Below, piece after piece: positions 1-10,624 of a stretch of DNA of 64,000 nt (position 1 is the stretch's first letter; the number at the start of each line of letters is the position of its first letter). The notes beneath the pieces are model-generated. The model was not told the DNA's origin and did no database searches. It saw only the letters and a program-made list of their open reading frames with translations. Source of the DNA: Euprymna scolopes (taxonomy: Eukaryota); assembly GCA_053919585.1 (NCBI GenBank), contig CM132803.1; one strand, given 5' to 3'. The position numbers were made by a program, and so were the translations under genes.

Positions 1-738
1 TGGCTAACAAATGCTAAATCTGTTCTTTTAAAGCGACATGTACGCGGGAGCAAATACGAGCCCCTAGTCGAGCCTGTAGACCTACTTGAAGTCAATCCTA
101 GCTATGCTCATATCCGTTTCAATAACGGACGGGAGACGACAGTGTCCCTACGCCACTTATCTCCATTGGGTGATAGATCGAGCATTCTAGAGGCAGAAAT
201 AGATCCCGTGCCGGAGAACCAACAGCTACAGGACGTACCTCAGCAGCCCGATTCGGACCCCCTGCCACGAATGCACGAAAACTCTCCCCTCAAGAATTCG
301 GTTCCTACTTCTCCCCAATCAGACGATCCACAGAGGAGATCATCGGAGGACAATGAGGTGCCGAATCTTCGACGCTTTACTAGAGTTCGTCGAAGCCCCC
401 AATATTTAGCTGAAAACTATCTGCTTTGAACTTTTCTTTTCTCTTTTGCTTTGCAGCTTAAACAGAAACCCGCTTCTGCAGTTCCTGGTAACTCTACATC
501 TTAAGATCATCATACGGCCTTGGATTCCTCTGAGTGGCGGAGAATGTGCTGACAAAAGAAGAACTCTCTTCTACGCCTTCCGGAAGCGAATTACTTCCCT
601 TACCGGAAGCGAATTATTTCCCTTTAGTTATTATCCTATGTATGAAATGTAGAACACGTGGACTCGCTTCTCCGTGTTGTTCTTAGTGAAATAAAGCTAA
701 CTTTAAGCTCACTCAGTTCTCCTGTCCTATTTATCACA
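1..738 (+). mobile_element. Ty3/Gypsy family 1, 3' end (integrase C-terminus, PPT, 3' LTR 545-738), copy 1
   Basis: ORF ending ...RRFTRVRRSPQYLAENYLL* at 429; PPT GGCGGAGAA then TGTG...CACA LTR with AATAAA; near-identical to 6404-7304 and 36762-37662; this LTR has an extra 23-bp internal duplication (194 vs 171 bp). Confidence 0.85.
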
Positions 739-739
739 A

Positions 740-773
<34 letters not shown>

Positions 774-806
774 TTATAAATAAATATATTTATATATATA
801 TATATA

Positions 807-2467
807 CAGTTGTCCTCAAAATTATTCATACCCTATACAAAAAAAATTTCTTGTTTTGATTATTCATTTCTGAAAGGTATTATGATGGTACTTCCTTTGT
901 ATCTTTTGTCTACTTGTTATTGCACATAAATCCACATGTGAGTTGGCTAAACCTTATTTTCATAATAATAGATAGGGACCAAAGTTATGTTTTGCGCATG
1001 TTCAGATCAATCATACCCCTGCCAGTACCTAAACAAAAATGTGCTTTTATGATCAACCCCATTCTTTTTACTTCATATTAATGTGCTACCCCTTGTAATC
1101 TTTGTCTTGTAGTTATTTCAAGATGTTTCAATTGAATGAATACCTTTTTTGATGTCAATATAAATAGATTAAAAAAGTTTCTTTGTCCACAGGTTCTGAT
1201 CATCATGGGGAAGAAAAAAGAACTTAGCGAAGACCTACGTCAACGTATTGTGCAAGCACACGGTGAGAGAAAGGGTTACAAGGCTATTGCTAAGCAGTAC
1301 AATGTTCCTGTGGCCACCGTCCAGAGTATAATTAATAAGTATAAGCGGTTCAACACTGTTAAAAACCTCAGTGGACGTGGCAGGAAGCGTAAGGTTTCAA
1401 CCAAACTTGCAAAGAAGATCTGCCGAGAGGTCAGCAAAGATCCCCGAACCACAACCAAGGTCCTACAAAAAGAACTTCACCAGGCAGGGACGATGGTTTC
1501 AAGGTCCACTATCGAGAGAGTTTTGCACAGAGGGGGTCTCCATGGATGCAGGCCTCGAAAGACACCGCTGCTCAAAAAGAATCATGTGAAGGCTCGCCTG
1601 GCCTTTGCTAAAGGCCATATACAGCAAGATTCCAGCTTCTGGTCAACCATCCCGTGGTCTGATGAGACGAAGTTGGAGTTGTTCGGCCACAGAGATACTG
1701 CATACGTATGGATGAAGACAGGAGAAGCATACAATCCAAAGAACACAGTGCCAACCGTCAAGCACGGTGGTGGAAACATCATGCTATGGGGATGCTTCTC
1801 TTCCCACGGTACAGGGAACCTCGTCAGGATCCAGGGAATCATGAGAAAGGAGAACTATATCCAGATCCTTGATGAAAACCTGAAGGAATCTGCAGAGAAG
1901 CTCAAACTTGGCGACAACTGGAAGTTCCAGCAAGACAATGACCCAAAGCATACTGCTAAAGTAGTCCAGAAATGGTTCAAGGATAATGATATCAGCGTCC
2001 TGGAGTGGCCTAGTCAGAGTCCTGACCTCAATCCCATAGAGAACTTATGGCGGGACTTAAAGACCCGAGTGATGGCCAGGAAACTAACTAACCTGACCCA
2101 GCTTGAGTCTTTTGCAATGGAAGAATGGGCCAAAATCCCACAGGAAACGTGTAGTAAGCTTGTGGACACCTATAAGAACTGACTAGAAGCAGTCATAAAG
2201 AACAAAGGCTATGCTATTGACTATTGAAGAAAGAAAATGGACACTGTAAACCTAGGGTATGAATAATTTTGAACATGACTTTTTTTAAAGATCTGTGAAT
2301 AAAATACCCCTGAAACTGAATATTTTTTAATTTGCCTATTGCTGTTATTCTTTCACCTGTTGGTTGCACATAAATCATAAACAAACTTAACAAAATGCTT
2401 TCATTTCATCACAACAATGAATTATGTCAAAAATCAACGAGGGTATGAATAATTTTGAGGCCAACTG
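807..2467 (+). mobile_element. Tc1 (DD34E) DNA transposon, full length 1661 bp, IR/DR type, copy 1
   Basis: 27-bp TIRs CAGTTG(T/G)CCTCAAAATTATTCATACCC, TA on both sides; inner repeats of the TIR core at 997-1018 and 2255-2277. Confidence 0.95.
1205..2227 (+). pseudogene. Tc1 transposase (340 codons, premature TGA at 2180-2182)
   Basis: MGKKKELS start, paired-like HTH, GRKRK, WSDETK / QQDND / NPIENL with 34 residues between D and E; reading through the TGA gives LEAVIKNKGYAIDY* at 2225-2227. Confidence 0.93.
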
Positions 2468-2476
2468 TATATATAT

Positions 2477-5458
2477 TGTTCTGTTCCCATTTAACAGTTT
2501 AGATAAAATAAAAGATAATTGTGACTTAAGAGTTAAGCCCCTTACGTCTTCCTGGGTAGAAAAGAAAAATGACTCAGAGTGATCCCCCTTTGCGCCCTAG
2601 ACTTATATCCCTTTTGATCTTTTCTCATAGAAAGGTAATATTTAGTTGGACACCGGACAAGTAAACGGTAGCCCTTTAGTGACCGCGTGGAATCAAGGTA
2701 TTCAAATGTGATGTAATCCCATTGCATCGGCAGAAACAAACGGTATGTCAAACTACATAACCTCCATTCACCAATATTGGCCTAGACATATTTGGTCCCT
2801 GGTCCATCTCCTCACGCAGAACCTGAGGAGGCTTAGCTTACAGCAAACGATGGGCAGCCATATTCACCTGCATGGCCACGAGAGCCATACACATTGAAGT
2901 TATTGAATCTCTCGACACTTCCAGCTTTATTAATGCCCTTAGACGTTTCTTTTCTATTTGCGGCCCGGTCAAACACATACGTTCCGACCATGGCACTAAT
3001 CTTGTCAGCGCATGCAAGGAATTGAATATTGCCTCAAATATGACGACTCCCATCAACAAATATTAAGCCAAACAAGGCTGTATTTGGACTTTCAATCCCC
3101 CACACGCTCCACACATGGGTGGCACCTGGGAAAGGATGATAGGTATGGCCAAATGAATTTTAGACTATTTACCTACAAAAAAGGCATAGGAAATTAACAC
3201 ACAAAGCACTCACCACCTTAATGGCAAAGGTGACTTCTATCATAAATGCCAGACCACTTCTTCTGATATCAACAGACCCAGATGATCCTTCCTTGCTAAC
3301 CCCAGCCATGCTCCTCACCCAGAAGCTCAACCCACATACTGTTGCCACAGGTGAATTCACAAGAGAAAACACCTTTAAACACCAATGGAAACGTGTTCAG
3401 CAAGTGGCGAGAACAATATCTCTCCTCCCTTCAGACACGTACGAAGTGGGAACCCAAACAGCTCAACTTTCAACCTGGGAGCATCATACTGCTGAAAGAT
3501 GCCCAGGTGCAAAGGAATGATTGGCCGAACGGACTCGTCACTAAGGTCTTCACCGGTGAAGATGGAAACGTTCATTTGCAAAGCAGAGGTAAAAATATCT
3601 CGACAGAATAGCACAAAATTTCTCCTTAGACTCATCACAGAAATAATTCTATTACTAGCCCCCGATGAATAAACAAAAAAAAAAGAAAAAAAAAAAAAAA
3701 AAAAGAAAGAAAAAAGAGGTAGTGGCGTACAAACGCCAGACGGGGAGTGTTCTGTTCCACAGTTTAGATAAAATAAAAGATAATTGTGACTTAAGAGTTA
3801 AGCCCCTTACGTCTTCCTGGGTAGAAAAGAAAAATGACTCAGAGTGATCCCCCTTTGCGCCCTAGACTTATATCCCTTTTGATCTTTTCTCATAGAAAGG
3901 TAATATTTAGTTGGACACCGGACAAGTAAACGGTAGCCCTTTAGTGACCGCGTGGAATCAAGGTATTCAAATGTGATGTAATCCCATTGCATCGGCAGAA
4001 ACAAACGGTATGTCAAACTACATAACCTCCATTCACCAATATTGGCCTAGACATATTTGGTCCCTGGTCCATCTCCTCACGCAGAACCTGAGGAGGCTTA
4101 GCTTACAGCAAACGATGGGCAGCCATATTCACCTGCATGGCCACGAGAGCCATACACATTGAAGTTATTGAATCTCTCGACACTTCCAGCTTTATTAATG
4201 CCCTTAGACGTTTCTTTTCTATTTGCGGCCCGGTCAAACACATACGTTCCGACCATGGCACTAATCTTGTCAGCGCATGCAAGGAATTGAATATTGCCTC
4301 AAATATGACGACTCCCATCAACAAATATTAAGCCAAACAAGGCTGTATTTGGACTTTCAATCCCCCACACGCTCCACACATGGGTGGCACCCGGGAAAGG
4401 ATGATAGGTATGGCCAAATGAAGTTTAGACTATTTACCTACAAAAAAGGCATAGGAAATTAACACACGAAGCACTCACCACCTTAATGGCAAAGGTGACT
4501 TCTATCATAAATGCCAGACCACTTCTTCTGATATCAACAGACCCAGATGATCCTTCCTTGCTAACCCCAGCCATGCTCCTCACCCAGAAGCTCAACCCAC
4601 ATACTGTTGCCATAGGTGAATTCACAAGAGAAAACACCTTTAAACACCAATGGAAACGTGTTCAGCATTTGGCATAAATCTTTTGGAACAAGTGGCGGAA
4701 ACAATATCTCTCCTCCCTTCAGACACGTACGAAGTGGGAACCCAAACAGCTCAACTTTCAACCTGGGAGCATCATACTGCTGAAAGATGCCCAGGTGCAA
4801 AGGAACGATTGACCGAACGGACTCGTCACTAAGGTCTTCCCCGGTGAAGATGGAAACGTTCGTTTGCAAAGCAGAGGTAAAAATATCTCGACAGAATAGC
4901 ACAAAATTTCTCCTTAGACTCATCACAGAAATAATTCTATTACTATCCCCCGATGAATAAACAAAAAAAAAAGAAAAAAAAAAAAAAGAAAGAAAAAAGA
5001 GGTAGTGGCGTACAAACGCCAGACGGGGAGTGTTCTGTTCCACAGTTTAGATAAAATAAAAGATAATTGTGACTTAAGAGTTAAGCCCCTTACTTCTTGC
5101 TAGGTAGAAAAGAAAAATGACTCAGTGATCCCCCTTTGCGCCCTAGACTTATATCCCTTTTGATCTTTTCTCATAGAAAGGTAATATTTAGTTGGACACC
5201 GGACAAGTAAACGGTAGTCCTTTAGTAACCGCGTGGAATCAAGGTATTCAAATGTGAAGTAATCCCGTTGCATCGGCAGAAACAAACGGTATGTCAAACT
5301 TATATTAAAACATTTAGGACTATTTCATATTAAGAACATTTATCTGACCCTATTTTTGAATTTTCTTGACATTTTATCTTCGTCGGAATTGTAACATTAT
5401 TCTTCTTCTTCCATGCGTTTCCTAATCGTTTGTTTTTCTCTCTCTTCTTCCTTTTCAG
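2477..5458 (+). mobile_element. BEL/Pao fragments: truncated LTR, integrase-PPT-LTR unit tandemly duplicated (~1.27 kb period)
   Basis: LTR starts TGTTCTGTTCC at 2477, 3748, 5031; integrase motifs TRAIHIEVIESLDTSSFINALRRF, RSDHGTN, INARPL; identical LTR-to-integrase junction GTCAAA|CTACATAACC at ~2752 and ~4018. Confidence 0.9.
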
Positions 5459-6060
5459 AATGGTTTGTCAATATCAGCAAAAGAATCTCCACACTCTCAT
5501 CAAACGGCGACATCTTCAACCAAACAGCCCCATATTACAATGAAGCGCTCCAAAAAAAGCGGATTCACGGAAAGCATCAAATACCAGCCAACCCAAAATC
5601 GGCTAACAAAAGACAAGCACAACAGGGGGCGGAACATCATTTGGTTCTCACCTCCGTTTTCCCTCAACACAAAAACACGAGTAGGACACCTGTTCCTGAA
5701 ACTGCTAGACAGAAATTTCCCTGCACAACGTAAGCTGAACAAACTGTTCAATAGAAACACGGTTAAGGTCAGCTATTCCACCATTCCAATAAAAAAGACC
5801 ATCACAAAGGAATGCAATGAAAATGAAATTGAGGGCTGTTCTTGCAGATCCAGGGAAGATTGCCCTTTAGAAGGGAAAATGCAAGGTAAAATCCCTTGTA
5901 TACGAAGCGACACTCACGCATGAGACCAACCAGAGACATACATAGGGATGACGAAAAGGACGTTCAAACAGAGATTTTACATGCACAATAGTTCCTTCAG
6001 GGCAAAGACGAGGATAAAGACAGCTTTAGCCAGCCAAGTATGGCATCTTAAAGACAAAGG
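5459..6060 (+). mobile_element. Penelope-like retroelement fragment (RT thumb/linker + GIY-YIG endonuclease), copy 1
   Basis: Frameshifted ORFs: NISKRISTLSSN, RNIIWFSPPFS, KLFNRNTVKVSYS, CSCRSREDCPLEGK, YIGMTKRTFKQRFYMHNSSF, TALASQVWHLKD. Confidence 0.8.
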
Positions 6061-6403
6061 AACTAATAAACTGGGAGGACCCCACCTAAAGGAGTTCTCC
6101 AAGACTATTCTAGATGCAGCCAACTTAACGCATAAACTAGTAAAGTGTAACGGACATATACACATTTGTCAGTATACGTTAAGCATAAATATTAGTATAT
6201 ATGAAGAAGAATAAGACTGCCTGAAATATATTACACAGTTATATAAAAGAATTTAGAATTAAATTACACACCTACCCTCAACTGTTATAATATTTAATAC
6301 AAAAAAGGTTAAAAGAATAAATAAGATAGTTTAGTTACCCCCCCTAGACCACTGAAACACGGATTATCTCCCCTTAACTGAAAAAAGGAAGCGAAGTCTT
6401 ATT

Positions 6404-7304
6404 ATTATCTGGCAAACAGTGAGTCTAGCTCTACGCTCAAGATATCTCCATGTTACAAATTGGGAAAGTGTGCTAGATGTAGCCCTCCACAGCATCCGCT
6501 CATTGCTTTCCACCTCTACGAACAGCACTCCTCACGAACGTCTCTTTAATTTCCAAAGGAAATCAGCCACTGGGAATTCTATGCCCACCTGGCTATCAAA
6601 TGCTAAATCTGTTCTTTTAAAGCGACATGTACGCGGGAGCAAATACGAGCCCCTAGTCGAGCCTGTAGACCTACTTGAAGTCAATCCTAGCTATGCTCAT
6701 ATCCGTTTCAATAACGGACGGGAGACGACAGTGTCCCTACGCCACTTATCTCCATTGGGTGATAGATCGAGCATTCTAGAGGCAGAAATAGATCCCATGC
6801 CGGAGAACCAACAGCTACAGGACGTACCTCAGCAGCCCGATTCGGACCCCCTGCCACGAATGCACGAAAACTCTCCCCTCAAGAATTCGGTTCCTACTTC
6901 TCCCCAATCAGACGATCCACAGAGGAGATCATTGGAGGACAATGAGGTGCCGAATCTTCGACGCTTTACTAGAGTTCGTCGAAGCCCCCAATATTTAGCT
7001 GAAAACTATCTGCTTTGAACTTTTCTTTTCTCTTTTGCTTTGTAGCTTAAACAGAAACCCGCTTCTGCAGTTCCTGGTAACTCTAAATCTTAAGATCATC
7101 ATACGGCCTTGGATTCCTCTGAGTGGCGGAGAATGTGCTGACAAAAGAAGAACTCTCTTCTACGCCTTCCGGAAGCGAATTATTTCCCTTTAGTTATTAT
7201 CCTATGTATGAAATGTAGAACACGTGGACTCGCTTCTCCGTGTTGTTCTTAGTGAAATAAAGCTAACTTTAAGCTCACTCAGTTCTCCTGTCCTATTTAT
7301 CACA
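6404..7304 (+). mobile_element. Ty3/Gypsy family 1, integrase 3' half + PPT + LTR (7134-7304), copy 2
   Basis: ORF 6419-7018 (WESVLDVALHSIRSLLSTSTNSTPHERLF); LTR TGTG...CACA. Confidence 0.88.
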
Positions 7305-7352
7305 AATATATATATATATATTTATAAATAAATATATTTATTTATATATATA

Positions 7353-9013
7353 CAGTTGTCCTCAAAATTATTAATACCCCATACAAAAAAAATTTCTTGT
7401 TTTGATTATTCATTTCTGAAAGGTATTATGATGGTACTTCCTTTGTATCTTTTGTCTACTTGTTATTGCACATAAATCCACATGTGAGTTGGCTAAACCT
7501 TATTTTCATAATAATAGATAGGGACCAAAGTTATGTTTTGCGCATGTTCAGATCAATCATACCCCTGCCAGTACCTAAACAAAAATGTGCTTTTATGATC
7601 AACCCCATTCTTTTTACTTCATATTAATGTGCTACCCCTTGTAATCTTTGTCTTGTAGTTATTTCAAGATGTTTCAATTGAATGAATACCTTTTTTGATG
7701 TCAATATAAATAGATTAAAAAAGTTTCTTTGTCCACAGGTTCTGATCATCATGGGGAAGAAAAAAGAACTTAGCGAAGACCTACGTCAACGTATTGTGCA
7801 AGCACACGGTGAGAGAAAGGGTTACAAGGCTATTGCTAAGCAGTACAATGTTCCTGTGGCCACCGTCCAGAGTATAATTAATAAGTATAAGCGGTTCAAC
7901 ACTGTTAAAAACCTCAGTGGACGTGGCAGGAAGCGTAAGGTTTCAACCAAACTTGCAAAGAAGATCTGCCGAGAGGTCAGCAAAGATCCCCGAACCACAA
8001 CCAAGGTCCTACAAAAAGAACTTCACCAGGCAGGGACGATAGTTTCAAGGTCCACTATCGAGAGAGTTTTGCACAGAGGGGGTCTCCATGGATGCAGGCC
8101 TCGAAAGACACCGCTGCTCAAAAAGAATCATGTGAAGGCTCGCCTGGCCTTTGCTAAAGGCCATATACAGCAAGATTCCAGCTTCTGGTCAACCATCCTG
8201 TGGTCTGATGAGACGAAGTTGGAGTTGTTCGGCCACAGAGATACTGCATACGTATGGATGAAGACAGGAGAAGCATACAATCCAAAGAACACAGTGCCAA
8301 CCGTCAAGCACGGTGGTGGAAACATCATGCTATGGGGATGCTTCTCTTCCCACGGTACAGGGAACCTCGTCAGGATCCAGGAAATCATGAGAAAGGAGAA
8401 CTACATCCAGATCCTTGATGAAAACCTGAAGGAATCTGCAGAGAAGCTCAAACTTGGCGACAACTGGAAGTTCCAGCAAGACAATGACCCAAAGCATACT
8501 GCTAAAGTAGTCCAGAAATGGTTCAAGGATAATGATATCAGCGTCCTGGAGTGGCCTAGTCAGAGTCCTGACCTCAATCCCATAGAGAACTTATAGCGGG
8601 ACTTAAAGACCCGAGTGATGGCCAGGAAACTAACTAACCTGACCCAGCTTGAGTCTTTTGCAATGGAAGAATGGGCCAAAATCCCACAGGAAACGTGTAG
8701 TAAGCTTGTGGACACCTATAAGAACTGACTAGAAGCAGTCATAAAGAACAAAGGCTATGCTATTGACTATTGAAGAAAGAAAATGGACACTGTAAACCTA
8801 GGGTATGAATAATTTTGAACATGACTTTTTTTAAAGATCTGTGAATAAAATACCCCTGAAACTGAATATTTTTTAATTTGCCTATTGCTGTTATTCTTTC
8901 ACCTGTTGGTTGCACATAAATCATAAACAAACTTAACAAAATGCTTTCATTTCATCACAACAATGAATTATGTCAAAAATCAACGAGGGTATGAATAATT
9001 TTGAGGTCAACTG
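7353..9013 (+). mobile_element. Tc1 DD34E transposon, copy 2 (extra stop at 8594-8596)
   Basis: Same TIRs, TA flanks and 1661-bp length as 807-2467; TGG>TAG after NPIENL. Confidence 0.95.
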
Positions 9014-9022
9014 TATATATAT

Positions 9023-9572
9023 TGTTCTGTTCCCATTTAACAGTTTAGATAAAATAAAAGATAATTGTGACTTAAGAGTTAAGCCCCTTACGTCTTCCTG
9101 GGTAGAAAAGAAAAATGATTCAGAGTGATCCCCCTTTGCGCCCAGACTTATATCCCTTTTGATCTTTTCTCATAGAAAGGTAATATTTAGTTGGACACCG
9201 GACAAGTAAACAGTAGTCCTTTAGTGACCGCGTGGAATCAAGGTATTCAAATGTGAAGTAATCCCGTTGCATCGGCAGAAACAAACGGTATGTCAAACTT
9301 ATATTAAAACATTTAGGACTATTTCATATTAAGAACATTTATCTGACCCTATTTTTGAATTTTCTTGACATTTTATCTTCGTCGGAATTGTAATATTCTT
9401 CTTCTTCCATGCGTTTCCTAATCTGTTGTTTTTCTCTCTCTTCTTCCTTTTCAGTTTTTACTTCTTAAATAAATATACCTGTTGATACTAAAATGACTAT
9501 CTTCAGAAATCCTTTGTTTTTGAAGTCAGTTGGCTTGCTGTCACGAGTTTTTCTATATGTCGTTCCAGTATA
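9023..9572 (+). mobile_element. BEL/Pao solo LTR (variant A) in (TA)n
   Basis: Homologous to LTR 12987-13532 but with 7 extra bp near the start, no PPT upstream, no internal sequence downstream; TA repeats on both sides. Confidence 0.8.
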
Positions 9573-9576
9573 TATA

Positions 9577-10282
9577 CAGGGTGTCCGTAAAGTTACTATA
9601 CAGGCTTATTGTTTTATTGTATTATATTTGTATTAATAATTAATATTCTTCGACGGAACTGTTACAGGAGAAAGGTACCTGGACAAACTGGGAAATTTCA
9701 TTGTACCGGCATTGAGACAACGACCACATTTCAATAACTTGTACTTCCAACAGGATGGAGCCCCACCCCATTATGCTACAGCTGTCCGAAATTTACTGGA
9801 TGAGACATTTCCTGATAAATGGATCGGCAGGCGAGGGCCCATTGAATTTCCTTCACGATCTCCAGACATAACGCCAATGGACTTCTTTGTCTGGGGAGTC
9901 ATCAAAGACTCTGTGTATTCGAGAAAGCCAAGAAGTGTTGAAGATCTTCGATAATTTGTTATTGATGCATTTGCCAACCTTGATCGTGACTTGTGCACCA
10001 AAGTTTGTCAGAGTGTGGTGTCACGTTGTCGAGAATGTATTGGAGCTGAAGGCCTCCAATTTGAATATTTGTCATAGAAATTGTTTGCCTTGATTGTTAC
10101 AGTCTTTTCGGATGTAACACGTGTATTTTCTGAGATTTTTATAAACATAAAGGTTTTATTTCTTTTTATTTCTTTTGTTACAAATAAATATTTTAATACA
10201 ATATCTTACTGTACTGTTAATATATTACAGGGTCTCTGTATAGTAACTTGTAAGACTGTATAGTAACTTTATGGACACCCTG
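9577..10282 (+). mobile_element. Internally deleted Tc1/mariner DD41D (rosa/Visitor-type) element, copy 1
   Basis: 27-bp TIR CAGGGTGTCC(G/A)TAAAGTTACTATACAG, TA flanks; QQDGAPPH...WIGRRG...RSPDITPMD has 41 residues between the two Asp. Confidence 0.9.
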
Positions 10283-10302
10283 TATATAATACAGGAAGAA
10301 CA

Positions 10303-10340
10303 ACCCTGACGATGGTCAATCGAGACCGAAAACGTTCGGT
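10303..10340 (+). ncRNA. Minimal type I hammerhead ribozyme in a Penelope-like stub, copy 1
   Basis: acc-CUGACGA-u-GGUC(aaucga)GACC-GAAA-acgu-UC-ggu: intact core, 4-bp stem II, palindromic AACGUU stem III, 3-bp stem I; followed by a short reading frame (LVRKQEQFERKIIK...ILFNKIC) running into (TA)n. Confidence 0.7.
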
Positions 10341-10624
10341 AAACTAGGGGACTTTATAAGAACTTTGGATCCCACAACAAAAATACTTGTACGAAAACAA
10401 GAACAATTCGAAAGAAAGATCATAAAAAGAAGAACGAAGATCCTCTTCAATAAAATATGCGCAAATATATATATATATATATATATAAGAAATAAAATTT
10501 AATAAAACCCCCACAATTTATGGAGACGAGTGTTGAGGGATGGTTTTCGATAATAGAAGCTCAATTCCATCTCAGACACATTACGAGCGATGATACTAAG
10601 TCCTATACTGTTATCAGTGCATTG

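Noticed and set aside
1136-1204. N-terminal extension of the Tc1 transposase
   Set aside because: Frameshifted in copy 3; the MGK start at 1205 gives the canonical 340 aa.
3665-3847. Poly-lysine ORF
   Set aside because: Translation of a length-variable A-rich tract in the BEL 3' UTR.
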